From contig FLMG01000369.1 of NCBI GenBank assembly GCA_900088475.1, positions 31,020-95,019 on the forward strand: a stretch of 64,000 nucleotides of DNA, written 5' to 3'. Source of the DNA: Hyphochytrium catenoides. Taxonomy: Eukaryota > Protista > Hyphochytriomycota. The translations under genes were made by a program, and so were the position numbers. The notes under the pieces were generated by a model. It was not told the DNA's origin, searched no databases, and worked only from the letters and a program-made list of their open reading frames with translations. Shown here piece by piece: positions 35,745 to 48,679 of the stretch; position 1 is the first letter of the stretch; each line of letters starts with the position of its first letter.

Positions 35745-35902
35745 TCTTTCTTTGCTCTCTCTCTCTTCTCTCTCTCTCTTTCTCTCTCTCTCCCTCCCTC
35801 TCTCTCTTCTCTCTCTCTTCTCTTTCTCTCTCTATCTCTCTTTCTCTCTCTCTCCCTCCCCCCCTCTCTCTCTCTCTCTCCCNNNNNNNNNNNNNNNNCC
35901 CC

Positions 35903-35945
<43 letters not shown>

Positions 35946-35946
35946 C
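35745..35946. repeat. (CT)n microsatellite with an assembly gap
   Basis: Directly visible; N-gap at 35883-35898. Confidence 0.9.
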
Positions 35947-36245
35947 TGCTCACTTAGGAGCCGTTAGCAACTCTCTTTGAGAAACTTCAACTGTTCTTTT
36001 GTCGTCTGACCTCCTCGCTCACCTGACAACTGAAGCCAAAGATCACGCTCATGAGCGTCCTTTGGCAGTCTCCGCGCTCCTCTGCCGCCCGCCTTCCCGC
36101 GGCCCTGGAACCTCTGCACTCTATCCAGACTGCAGGTCGTTGAGGTTCCTTTCCTCCCTGCCTCCCTTGCTCACCGCTCAGTGAAAGAATTCTTCGCATA
36201 GCCGCCAACAAGTGGCCAGCCCTCTCCAACTCGGTACGGCGCTGC

Positions 36246-38300
36246 ATGCCTATCGCCAGTACAAGGATGAGTCGAGGAGGAGCTACGAGCAGATACTTTG
36301 CCAATCCATTCAAGGGCGGAGGAGCACCGCTTCCTAACCTGAAAGAGGACCAACGGCTAAGAGATGAGCTCAAGCACTACGTATGGCATCGCACAGACAC
36401 GGTCCTAAGTTCCCTGTACGGCTCGGACCCACAGAAGACAGGAAAGGAGAAAAGGCGTAAAACTGCCGCGGGAGAAATATTCTCTCGACCGTCTTCATCC
36501 TCTCCCTTTGCAGAGGAAAAGCTTCAGCACCACGGGCTTAACGACTCGGCAGATCTATCCCTCTACACTGGCGTTGGCGGAGTTGTCATAACCTTCGTCA
36601 AGCTAGCCCTAAGCCCCACGATGGACATCCTTCGCGAGCCCACAGCACAATCTCGTGCTATTGTCAACCTCTTACGTGGCTACATCGCGAAGACGGTGCT
36701 CCATTCGAAAGCAGACCAGCGAGATACCCATCCAGAGAATTCGGAGCAGAGTTGGGAGATAAGCCGTCTACTCAGGAAAGGACTCAAGCAGCGTCACGCA
36801 GCTTCCTTTCTCTGTGGAGCCACTGGAGTCGCGGCTGTTGCGACAATCAGCGCCTACCTGATCCGCCCATCAGAGGTCCATCTTCTCCAGACACTGATGA
36901 GCGGCATTCTGGCAGGGGCAGAGCGGGCCTGTGATTCAGCGATGACTCCAGCGGACGAGGTCATTTATGGCCGAGCAGGAGTGTTGCTGGGGTAAGTGAA
37001 GAGACAGAGACGAAAGAGTGAAGGGTAACTTTACCGCTAAAAGTGATGAATAAGGGGAGATAAGTCGGACAGGGAAAGCGCCAGAAAGAAATAGGACGAG
37101 TTAGGAAAGAGAGAGAGACTGTATAAGAGACAAAGAAAGAGAGACAGAGAAAGACAAAGAGAGAGAGAGAGAGAGAGAGAGCAGCTCCGAGTGGCAACCT
37201 AGACGAGAAAGAACCGTCTGCTTGTTCAGTTAGCCAACCGAGAGTGTCAAGCATGAGAGAGAGCGTGTCATCGTGAGAAAAGGAGAGGCACGGGTGACGC
37301 AGACTTTGTATGGGAAAGAATGTGAATCTCCTGACCAAACTTCTGCCCCAACAGGTTAATGTGGTTAGAGCACTGCCTCGAGGACATTCAGGACTTCCAT
37401 TTGGCTCCCAATGCTCCTCGATGGTTCAGAGACGACCCCAGCTCTTCTTCGTCCTCAGGATTAACTCCTGTAGACCTTCTCACTGACCGTCTGAGGGCTG
37501 TAAGGAGGTCGCTGGTGGCAGCCATTATAGCTTCAGGCAGACATGGGGCACAGCTGAGACAGCTTGCTGGAAGCGGTCTGCGGTATGAATGGCACGAGAA
37601 AGAATATTTGGGTGCTGCTCATGGCTATGCGGGCATTCTGTATGCGCTTCTTGCGCATTGGCAAATGCTCTCCGGCGACAAAGAAGCTCAGACGGATGTG
37701 CTGTCCACAGTGGAGTGGCTCATGCAGTACAAATTGAGCAATGGGAACTTTGCTTCTTCTCTGCCTCTAGCCTCGGACAATGAGGAAAGACTGGGCAGGC
37801 TTGTGCAGTGGTGCCACGGCGCTCCGGGTTTCACGTACCTACTGACAGAAGCATCCAGACAGCTTCCTAGCGCAGCAGGTCAGGAAAAGACTAAAGAGTA
37901 CGTGGAGCTGGCAGAATGGAGCGGAACACTTGCTATCTGGAAAGGAGGATTGCTGCGGAAGGGTCCAGGAGTGTGCCATGGGACACCAGGGAACGGATAC
38001 TCGTTCTTGAAGCTCCTCAAGATCACAGGAAAGGAGGAGTACTATCGCTATGCCTCAAGCTTTGCTTATTGGCTGCTCTCAGAGGAGGCGAAAGAGCTGG
38101 AAACGTATCCTGACGAGCCATTCTCTCTCTTTGAAGGCATGTGCGGGGCAATGGCCTATGTTTCGGATGTTCTCGATTGCTTGCCTGCTCTACCTTCTGA
38201 GAAAGTGCTGCACTTTGAAGAAGACACGGGCAAGAACAGAGGTGGAGCACAAATAGAGCTTCCGAGGAGGACGATGGGCTTTCCGCTATTCGAGGTGTAA
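36246..38300 (+). CDS. LANCL: LanC-like protein (LANCL/GCR2 family), 2 exons (36246-36991, 37355-38300)
   Basis: Motifs EVIYGRAG, YLGAAHGYAGILY, LVQWCHGAPG, GVCHGTPGNGYSFL and PFSLFEG. Intron 36992-37354 (GTAAGT...CTGAC...CAG) joins the exons in frame. Confidence 0.92.
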
Positions 38301-38904
38301 GTATCTACTGTCCGTTAGGGTTCTTTTCGTCGTCCACCTGATACGAGACGCTCTCAGCCACCACGTACACCGGATAGAGTCGATAGCTGATGTGGCCTTC
38401 AGTCGTTGAGCGCGTAGTCCGTCCGAGTGAGCGATGGGTAGCGGGGCCATGCTTTGCTTCATCATGGGCGATCCCTTCTGCTATCATAGTGGCAGTCTTC
38501 CTTGAGACGAGACGGCTATTCTTCTGCGTATCGTCCTCTTCCTCTATTTTGATAATAGCTCTTTGCCCGCACCTCCCTTCTTCCGCTCTCACTGTACGGT
38601 TCAGGCTACCTTCCTCTTTTGGTGTTGCCATCATTCATACGCATGTCCAACGCTACGAGAGCAATAAATCAATGTTTTATTAGTCCTCATCAAAGGGGTC
38701 CTAAGGGCCTGTATCCTACTTGTCTGTACCCGCACAGAAAACAGCGCTAAGCGCCTCTCCTTTCTCGTCACCTACAGAGCACTTCTGAGGAGTGATGAGG
38801 AAGGACCGTATGGGCAGGGGCAGAAAATGTCAGACACCAGACTAAAGGGCAAAATAGAAAAAAAGATTGTCACGAACGCGGCCAACCGCCTGAGTACTAG
38901 CCAT

Positions 38905-41900
38905 CTAGACCGTCAGTCCTTTTCTTTGAGTTGACGAGTTAGAGAGCCAGAGCCCAGTTTTTGCCGCCAGAATGTCAATATTGACGGGCTTCGAAATGTA
39001 GTCGTTCATTCCTGCAGCCAGACAGCCCTCTCTGCTCCCTAGCACGGCTTCTGCTGTCATCGCAATGACTGGAACCATTCTCAACCAATCTCTAGATAGC
39101 TTATCACAGTCAGGAAGATTGCCAGTCCCTCTTATAAGTCGAGTGACTGTGTAGCCATCCATGTAGGGCATGTGGCAATCCATGAGAACTAGATCAAACT
39201 CCAGGCTGCGCTTGCAGAGGATCTCTAGCGCTTCCTTCCCGTTATTTGCCAAGGTGACCAAACAGCCAAGCTTCTTGAGCATAAACATCGCCACTTTTTG
39301 ATTTACGGGGTTATCTTCTGCCAACAGCAGCCGTGGATGGTGGTCGAACGACGAGATAAGAGATCTGCTTGCGGCTGTCCTGTGCTGGACTGCGGGCTTG
39401 TCGAGGACGGCAGTAAACCAGAATTTTGAGCCGCTTCCTTCCTTGCTCGTGGCGCCAATAGAGCCGTCCATCATCTCTACAAGGCGCTTACAAATAGACA
39501 GCCCCAGTCCACTGCCCCCAAACTGCCTAGTCGTAGATTTGTCTGCTTGCATAAAGGGCTGGAAGAGGTTGGACATGGCTTGTGCAGCGATGCCAATCCC
39601 CGTATCTTGCACCTCAAAGCGCAGCCTGGCCTTGGATTCACAGCGAAGCCCTGATGGCGTATTAACAGGGTGCTTTTCTACCTTGATAGTCACACTGCCC
39701 CACGGGGTAAACTTCACAGCGTTGCTCACTAGATTATTTAGCACTTGACGTAGCCTCACAGGGTCACCTCGAAGTATCTCTGGTACGTCTGGAGCGAGTT
39801 CAATGGACAGAGTCAGTCCTTTCTGCCGCGCAGCCACGTAGAAGGTTTTCCGTACGGACTCGACCAGTTTTCGCACATCCAGATCAACAAGCTCAAAGTC
39901 TAACTTGTTTGCTTCAATCTTAGAGAAGTCCAATATGTCATTGATAAGGACCAGCATGGTCTGGGCAGAAGACTGGATGATCTCGACATATTCTCTCTGG
40001 GGCGGTGACAACTCCGTGTCTAGCAGGATAGACAGGATGCCTATGATGCCATTGAGCGGAGTCCGAATATCATGACTCATATTCGCTAGAAAGCTAGACT
40101 TGAGCCGTGAAGCTTCCAAAGCAATCTCCGCGCTCTTCACTGCCTCTCTGCGCATCCTGGAGAGGTTGAGGTGAATCCTAATCCTTGCAATGAGTTCTTT
40201 CGAGTAGAAAGGCTTGACTAAATAATCATCCGCGCCACACGAGAGACCTTCTACTCTTGCTTCTTGCCCAGCTTGTGCCGACATAAGAATCACTGGAATA
40301 TCCTTCGTGTCGGCCTGCCCTCTCAGGCGCTCCATCAGCTGGAAGCCGTCCATCTTGGGCATCATGATGTCTGAGAGGATGAGATCTGGTCTGCGGTGCT
40401 TCAAAGTGTCTAAGGCCTCCAGCCCATCACAAGCAACATCTGCTTCCCAGAAGGATCGGACAAGGCGAGCGATGTAGGTTCTCATATCCTTATTATCGTC
40501 AACGATAAGAATCAAGGGCTTCTTGGGCTTCAGTGGTCTGCATTAGAAGGCAACAAATAGAGGGGAGGCAACGAAGCGAGAGAACATGCCGAAGGTCAGT
40601 GTCTTTTAGGAGAAAGAGACGCAGAGACAAGGAAGAGACATCGAGACAACAAGGAAGAGAGAAAGACTCAGAAATAAAGATACACTCTATGGTCCTATCG
40701 CCTCTATTATTCCCAGATGTCTATCTTCTTTCTTCCTAGTCGCCTTTTTTCTTCAATGTGAGACTTACCCCTTTGTTGCTCTGTTGCCAGTCGCCGTGAT
40801 AGAAGGGACTGTCTTGCTATCGCCTGGTGGCGAGCTCTCTTCTTCATCCCCTTCTTCTTCCTCCTCCTGCCATTTGGATGCCTCATATAGATAAGCCCGG
40901 ACATCAGCTGATTGCCCTGGATAAGAGTTCGCATCTCCATTACAAGCCACAGAAAGAGAGGGAATAGAAGACGGAAAGGGAGGTGATGGCAGCGACACAA
41001 AGGAACCATGAGAAGCTAAAGATGTGAAGGTAGTAGACGAGTCTGAAGCGACAGATGAGTTATTAGAGATGTGAGAGCTGCTCCCGTTCTCCGCTGCCGA
41101 GGTAGCAGAAGGTGATGGGTCTTCTTCTGTTCTTTTCTTTTGGGACCCCAATTGTCCTTCCCCGCTGCTTGTGCTGCCTGGAGCTCTCCGAGGAATGCTA
41201 ACAGTGAAAGTTGAGCCCACGCCTTCCATGCTCTCAACAGAAATTGTTCCTCCGTGCAGCTTGACGAGCTCCTTGGTAAGAGAGAGCCCTATACCAGAGC
41301 CTTCATGGCTTCTTCCTCCACTTTCTCTTCCTCTTCTCACGCGATGAAATCTCTCAAAAAGGTTCGGAAGTTCTTCTGCGGGGATGCCAATGCCGCTATC
41401 CTGTACGGAAAGCTGGACCATGTCCCCGGCCATGTCCAGGGTAAGAGAGACAAAGCCGGAGAGAGTGAACTTCAGCGCGTTTGAGAGCAAATTCATGACA
41501 ATCTTCTCCCACATCCCAGCGTCGACCTCGGCCACACAGCGCTCTTGACACGCCACGCGAAGCTCCAACTTGGCAGTATGAACAGCGGAGGAGAAAGCTG
41601 CTGCGAGGTTTGTCGTGAGATCCGACAGGTCGATCTCCATATAATGAACCTTCATCTTCCCCGCCTCCAGCTTCGAGAAGTCGAGAAGAGCGTTGACCAG
41701 TTTCAGCAAACGTAAAGAGTTTCCATACGCAGTCTTGATCACCTCCCTTGCACCTTCGTCAAGGCCACCCTCTCTTCCCAGCAGCTCTTCTAGAGGACCC
41801 AGCATGAGAGTAAGGGGCGTGCGGAACTCATGACTGACGTTAGAAAAGAACTCGCTTTTGAGACTATCAATCTCTTGCTGTCTTTGGTTGATGTCTCTCA

Positions 41901-42510
41901 GCTGCTGCTCTCGGAGAAGCAACTCCTCATTCTGCCTTTGCAGTTCACTATTGGTCTCCATCGCTTCTCTGGCCTTCCGCATGTACAACCCTACGGCGCT
42001 GCGTTCAGCTTCATTCCCAACCTTTTGCAGGCGCACCAGCTCTGTCACGTCTTCAACTCTATGGATAATGTATCGCAGCTGGCCGGTCTGTTTATCAAAC
42101 ACAGGCGAGTTGACAGGGCTCCAGAAGGTCTCTTCATAGGTCTGCCCTGTCCCTCCATCTGCCGGACGAGGAAGAAAGTAGCTCTGGATCTCCATAGGAT
42201 CAGAGAACCTTGATTGCTCCACTCGCTTAAGAGACGCCCGAAGATTCGCGTGTAAGCGACCCACAGCGTCATCCTCTTCCGATAGAAGCGTTGGAGACGC
42301 CCCACCTAGGTTGCCATCAAATGCTTCGTAGACGCTTCTCCCTATCAGGTCTTCTCTCTTGGCTCCCGTGGCTGCAAGATACCCATCTGTCACGGCTAAG
42401 ACCGTCCTTTCTTCACTGGGGGAGAGAACGAGAAAGAGGCCTGGAGACGCCTCAAAGATAGACTGGAAATCCACAGACTCTTCTCTTCTAAACCTTCGGA
42501 TTGAGCCCAT
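38905..42510 (-). CDS. Dual hybrid sensor histidine kinase, PAS-HisKA-HATPase-REC-HisKA-HATPase-REC (~1120 aa), 2 exons
   Basis: H-boxes SHEFRTPL and SHDIRTPL; two sets of N/G1/F/G2 boxes; two receivers ([15 protein letters not shown]; [16 protein letters not shown]). Intron 40768-40538 (GTAAGT...CTAATGCAG) is in frame. Confidence 0.93.
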
Positions 42511-45500
42511 AGATCCCGCCCGAACTCAATGTGTGGGACGTTGCTTAGAATGGGAGAAAGAGAGAGAGTCACCAGCGAAGTTGTCGAAAACTGGGATGGA
42601 AAAGACCGAACAGAGCGACTCTTTCCAAGAATTAAGATCGCTCCCGGTCGAAGAGGAGGACAGAAAGGAAGAAGAGAAGACGCTAAGACGCTTCTTCATC
42701 CATTATCCCTCTTCTGTCCCTGCTGCTACTAGATGATGATAACAAGTGCAGTTAGTCTTCAGCAGGTGACGCAAAGAGAAGAGTAGAAAGGCTTCTAAGA
42801 GCAGGGATTGGGCTTGATCAGTCCTTCCAGAAATGTAGAGATACTAAAGAGACTTCTTAGCTGTGCACTTTGACGCCCGACACCGATAGTAAACCTCTTG
42901 CAGATATACAGCGTCTGCAATGCTGAGAAAGGCAAGAGGGACAGACAGGCCAGATGCCGATAAATGATAGATGGCAGCGACGGAGAAAAAAGTGGTCCGT
43001 GGGTGCCGCAAAGTGTCGAAGATGAGTCTGTGGCCGCGCGCCCAAAGAGGTCGATCGTCAGCAGGAAAGTGCGGCGCTCTCTCCTACTCGCAGCTTCGCT
43101 CTGTCTCTTTCCCTATTCCTGTCGGCCTGCCCTCCGTTCCTTGCTCCTTCTCTCTTTCTCTTACTTAGGTATGTCACTGTGTCTCTCGACCTCTTGATTT
43201 ATCCAGTGCAAAGAAAACCGTCGTGCCGCGTTTCCCGGCTGACTGTGATCTCTCTCCAGAAGGACTCACAGCCAGAAGGAGAAGAAAGCGAAGATTGAGA
43301 GCACTTGCCGCTGTGCATGGCAGTCCACAGCCCCCAGTATTTGGCCATTAACTATGTGCCAAGGTTCTCTTTCTCTCCCTCAAGACCTTCGCCCTTCCAT
43401 TGTTGTTTCTGGCTAGGGGGTGTCTATCTCTCGTCCTCTCTGGCTTGTCCCCCAGCCTGGGGAAAAACGGGACAGAGCTGTATCTCACTTCCCTTCTGTC
43501 ATGACCTAGTGCCCATGAAGGGGATTTGCCAGTGTCCCACCCTTCATCTCTCTTCCTGATTCACTCTCTCACTATGCGCTTTTTTTCTTGGTTTCCACCT
43601 ACTTACTGCCTTGAGAAGAGAGGGTTAGAGGCAATTGTCCTTTGATCCTAGGGAGAGCCATCTCCCACGTCCAGAGGGCTGACCATTTGAGGGGACTTGT
43701 GCTCGTCACCCTTCATCCTCTTCACATCCACATCCTCTTCTCTTCCTTCTTTCTAATGAGCCCCTTGACTCCTGAATAGTTCTCCTTCAAACAGAGGCAA
43801 AAGAATGGCAGCAGAGAGACGAAGACGATGGGAAGGGAACAAGGGTGCAGCATCCAGATCCATGCCTGAACCAGTCCTTGGTCAAGGAAACGGAGGAAGA
43901 AAAAATTCCTGTCAACGTGGTGCAAGGTGAGCAAGCTCGCCTCAGACTTTGTACGGCCTTCTACCGTTATCCAATGGCGCCTGCTCTGGACCTTCGACCA
44001 ACCTCTTTCTCTCTCCTGCTAAATAACCTCAGGCACTACCTTCCTTCTACCTTCTTGGCCCTTCACTCTTTATTAGATCCTTGCTGTTGTTCTCCAAAGA
44101 GCTCATAACTACTTCCACTGTTCTTGGGGTTGTCCAAGTCTCTGTCACTGTCTCTTTCTCGCTGGCCTCTTTCTACCGCAAATAACGTTAGCCTTCTCTC
44201 CATTCAATTGTCTGTCTCGTGGCTCTGTCTCTTCTTGCTAACTGCTGCGTGCGGAGCCGGATGATGGACGCTATGTCCGCCCAGTCCACCACCTTTGCAT
44301 GGGCGACTATCCTAAGACAGCTTCCAATAAGGATGAGCCATCACATATTATAGAAAACCTAGCGATAGCAAAGGTCAGGCCTAGATTGAATTATTAGGGA
44401 AATTACATAGTGAGCTTGGGTAGGAAACTGTAATTGCGGCAATATAAGGATAATACTGTGTCACAAAGGCCTTTCGAGGGGAGGAAAGGACTGCTGCGCG
44501 TTGTACTGGAAGAGGTGGCCCCTGTCCTCCCTGTGCCTTTCTTTGGACAGTGCAAAAGCGCGTTATTAGGCGCCGGTCGGACCCAACCTGCTGACAGTCT
44601 CCACTTGTCTCTCACCATGTCCTTCTCTCTCACACCTAAGTCTTTGGTTATCCTCCAGCTTTTAATATAGTAGCGTTCTCGCTCTGTCTGTCTCAATGGC
44701 CGTATGGGGTTATCAGAAACTGGCCCTCGGCCTCTTGAAGAAGGCAAGCCACAAGCCATGACAGAGCTGGAGATAGACAGAGATAGAGCTTCTCTACAGC
44801 TGTACCTGTACCAGTTCTATGGGAAAAGACATCAGGCTGGGTTTGACAAGCCACCAAGAAGTTTGGAAGAAGATATTGTGCAGTGAGCGAGAGAACTGGC
44901 ACGTGTTGGAAGAAAGAACACAAGTGTCGTCGTTCAGGAGAGAGAGAGGCAGAAACACTTCTGGACTCAAAGACGCCTTGAATCCAGCATAAAGATCTCA
45001 AGAAAGTCTATCCAGCGAGGTCAGAGGCGCGGAATGATGGATGACAGACAAACGGAGATGACCAAGTTGCGGGCGTCGGTCTCCTCTCTCCTTCTACTCC
45101 TTCGCTTTTATAATGGGATAAGGGCTGCGGAGGAGGGCTAGTACTCACTTCTCAGGAAGAGGACGTGAGAGATGACGGTCGCAAGGTGGCCGACATACCG
45201 ACTGACAAAGCAATTTCTGTCTCTTACTTGAAGTTAAGTCCTTTTCCTTTCTCTTCTTCTTCTTACCCCTTCCATCATCCTGCCCTTCGGCTTTGGCTTG
45301 CTGTCGCCACCATGCTCTCAGCGTAAAGCATTCTACTACTACTGCCTGCTGACGGCACCAATCCTACGCTGCTGGCCCTGCTCTTCTGGAAGCCAGCAGT
45401 TTACTACGATAAGAGCCATCATCGTCAGCTTTCTTCTGCACCATCATCCGTCTTCTTCTCTCTTACGGCTAGCTCCTCCCCTTATCGCGATATCTTGGCT

Positions 45501-47834
45501 TTCTCTTTGACCCTATGCTTTCTCTTCGATATCATCACTGCGGGTACCACCGTGCGTAGCTCTTTATAATCTTGGATAGAAGTATTACTTGGGCCTCAAG
45601 ATTGTCTTCTGCCCTTGATTGGGTCTGTCCCTGTTTCTAACGGACAAGGAGACAAGACGGTTCGCCTCTTTTGACAGTGAGGAGCATCGTTTGCCTAGTG
45701 TGTTAGTTAGCATGTTTCAGCATGACTGCAGCGACGATTTTAGAGGGAGGAGTGGTTGCAATTTCTGCCCTCCTGTTCCGTCTCCTCCGCCGTTCTGCCG
45801 CCCAAGGAGGGGCAGCTGATAATGAGCGTCCAGAGTATAACAGGGATACAAGTTGGCCGCCAAGAACAGATAGTGCGAAGGCTCTGGTCTCGAAACACCT
45901 CTATATACCATCATCCCGATGGTAGAACTATTATTTATGCCCGACTTGATCGTCCTCGTCTTGTTGGGCACTCCCGTTACGAGATGGCCGCTATTTGCTA
46001 AAGCTCTTTCGAGACTATGTTTCCCCATCAAGTGGGAGAGCATCAGGAACTTAATATTGACTTTGGGCATGTGGACGAGTGCCTAAGTGGACTAAGGGCA
46101 GCAGCCTCTTTGGTTCCATCTTTCTATGGCTTGCTTTGTCTGATTGAGAAACCAGTGACAATAGACTAGGCACATGCCGTATTTCTTCTAATGAGGCGAT
46201 CGATCGTCAACACTAGAATTATCTAATTATGATCCTCTACTTCCTCCTGTCCCTGGGTGGACAAGGAAGCTTTCCCTTCTCCTCCCACACTCATCTCTGA
46301 GAAACCTTGCAATTCTCTTCCTTCCTCGTCTGCGATCGCCGTCATACGTTGGTGAAGCGACGTACATACAGTTCCCTCTGGGCTCCTTTCCACTTACTAG
46401 TTATTGTGCCGGCTCTGTTAGCGAAAGGGAGGGCTATGGAAACACCCTCCAACTCTTCTGGTCCTATTATGCATCCAGCTATAGATACAGAGAGCTGGAA
46501 AAGAGTATGTAAAGGAGAAAATTGGTAGTAATGGAATCCCCTCTTGTCTTTCAAGCAGCAGCAGAAAACCAGAGATAATGTAGAAGTGTCTGTAACATCA
46601 ATGGGAAGGCCAGCATGATAGAACGCCTGTGTGGCTTAATAGTGGACTAGAAGATAAAGGTACAAGAGAACTAAGCTGTAGTAGGTACCATAGGCTTTGC
46701 AATAGTGCATGCGTCTTTCCCGCCCTTCGGTTATCTGACAGCAGCAGCCATCTGGAAAGCGAACGCCATTGAACACCAGCAATATGGAATCGGAAAGAGG
46801 GCAGAAGACAAGCATTGAAGCTCTGGAGGACGACGACGTGGTGCCGCTCGTGGTCCAAGGAAAGACGTATCGCGATCATCACTAAGGGCAGCTCCGGATG
46901 ATGGGAAGCTTGAAGAAGGCGAAGACGGCTAGAAGAAGACGAAGAGGGCTAGAAGAAAAGCGCGATTGCTGAACCAATAAGCGACGAGGGACTATGCCGC
47001 TGGGGGCGGTTAGCAGGTGGAATGATGGGGTTGACGGCATTGTCCATCATTCAAACTATGATGCAGCCGCCGTATACACCTTTTTGCTGGTTAATAAAGC
47101 AATGCTGGTAGGTGGTGGTGCTGCAACCCTTGCAATTTTATGAACAGGGAAGGTTTAGCAGCGGACGATCATTGGCCCAAGTATGGTAACTTATTATTGA
47201 GATGAATGATTCGGTTGCGGCAGAATCGAAGGCCTAGGTAGCAGCACGGCACGACGGCCGGTACTAGCGCGGTAGGAAGAACCTTCGCACCGGAGCCCTG
47301 GTGACCTATCATGATGAAAGATGGGGTTGTCGTTCGGTTTACTATACAGCAGACAGCAGCACCAGCAGCAGCACCAGGACTGACGGTGTAGCAGCACCAG
47401 CGGCAGTAAGTCTTATTAGCAGTAGTGCGTGGTGTAGTAGTACTACGAAGCAGGTTTTTTTAGCAGCAGCGGAGGACAGCGGCCCCACTATGGTGACTCA
47501 TCATGATGAGTGATGCGGTTGCTGCCCAGTCTTTAAAGAAGCAGCAGGTATTGGAGCAGCAGCAGCGCAAGCAGGGGTGCTGGCGGTGTAGGGACAGACA
47601 GCGGCGATGTGGTGGGAAGAGGAGGACGGCGGCGGAGGTGGTGCACCAAGCAGCTCAACTAAGCAGCGAAGACGAACAGGCACAGACCTAAGTCCAAGTG
47701 TTATTCGTCATATGAGTATCAGATGCTTCATTATAGTAAATAAAGGACGCCGTTATCGTGAATCCCTGCCGTGTTGACGTTGGTGTGATGACTTCAACTT
47801 GTAAGGACAAGCAGCTGGATGTTTCCTTGATCCT

Positions 47835-48025
47835 CTTCTCTCTCTCTCTGTGTGTCTCTTTGTGTCTCTCTCTCTGTCTCTGTCTCTCTCTGTCTTTGTC
47901 TCTGTCTCTCTCTGTCTTTGTCTCTGTCTCTCTTCTCTCTCTGTCTCTCTCGCTCTCTGTCTCTCTCTGTCTCTCTCTCTCTCTCTCCATCCTCTCTCTT
48001 CTCTTCTCTTCCTCCCTTCCTCTCT
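47835..48025. repeat. (CT)n / (CTCTGT)n microsatellite
   Basis: Directly visible. Confidence 0.9.
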
Positions 48026-48679
48026 TTGATACTTCTCGTCTGCGTCGCGGGTGTCTCCCTTTGTCTCTCTCGTTTCTCCTTACTCACACATTCGTTTATT
48101 GGTTCCACACACACATCATCAGCTCTCTCTGTCTCTGTACACCTCTCTCTCGCTGTGCTTAATACCTCTCCCTGTCATCTCCATCAACCAACCACCTTCA
48201 CCCAGCATCATCTTTCCCTCTCTTGATCTCTTCTCATCGCTCCCTGTTCGGTTCTCCCTTCTATACAGCCCACAGCCGTCAATCACGAGGGAAAAAACAC
48301 GGGCCGCCCGCCCAACCGTGCGCACTTCTCTTCTAGTCGATTCACCTCCTCCATTGCCCTTTCCCTCCCTTCCCAAACTTGGCGACAAGTTGTCCAGCTC
48401 AACCAAATCATCGGGTGGAAAAGATAGGCAGCACCCGTTCCTCAATCTCTCTTCTCGGTCCTCTCATGATATCCATCCTGTCAAGAGTCAGTTAGGAACT
48501 CCTCTTCTTCCTTTAGTCCTCACTGGCACTCCTTGGTTTCGATCTGAGTCTCACCAGTCCGCATATTCCTCGCTGTCGCCGATCGCCAAGCAACCAGACC
48601 TCCAGCATAAAGCAAAGATAGAGACGAAGACAGTCCATCCTGAACTGGGTGAAGAAGGAGCAGAAAGGAAGACGCAAGC

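Noticed and set aside
38905-42510. Bacterial contamination suggested by the histidine kinase
   Set aside because: The gene has a spliceosomal intron with host-type microsatellite content and sits among eukaryotic genes.
45756-46170. Faint CRAL-TRIO-like phrases (DGRTIIYARL)
   Set aside because: Too short, interrupted by stops, and no consistent frame.
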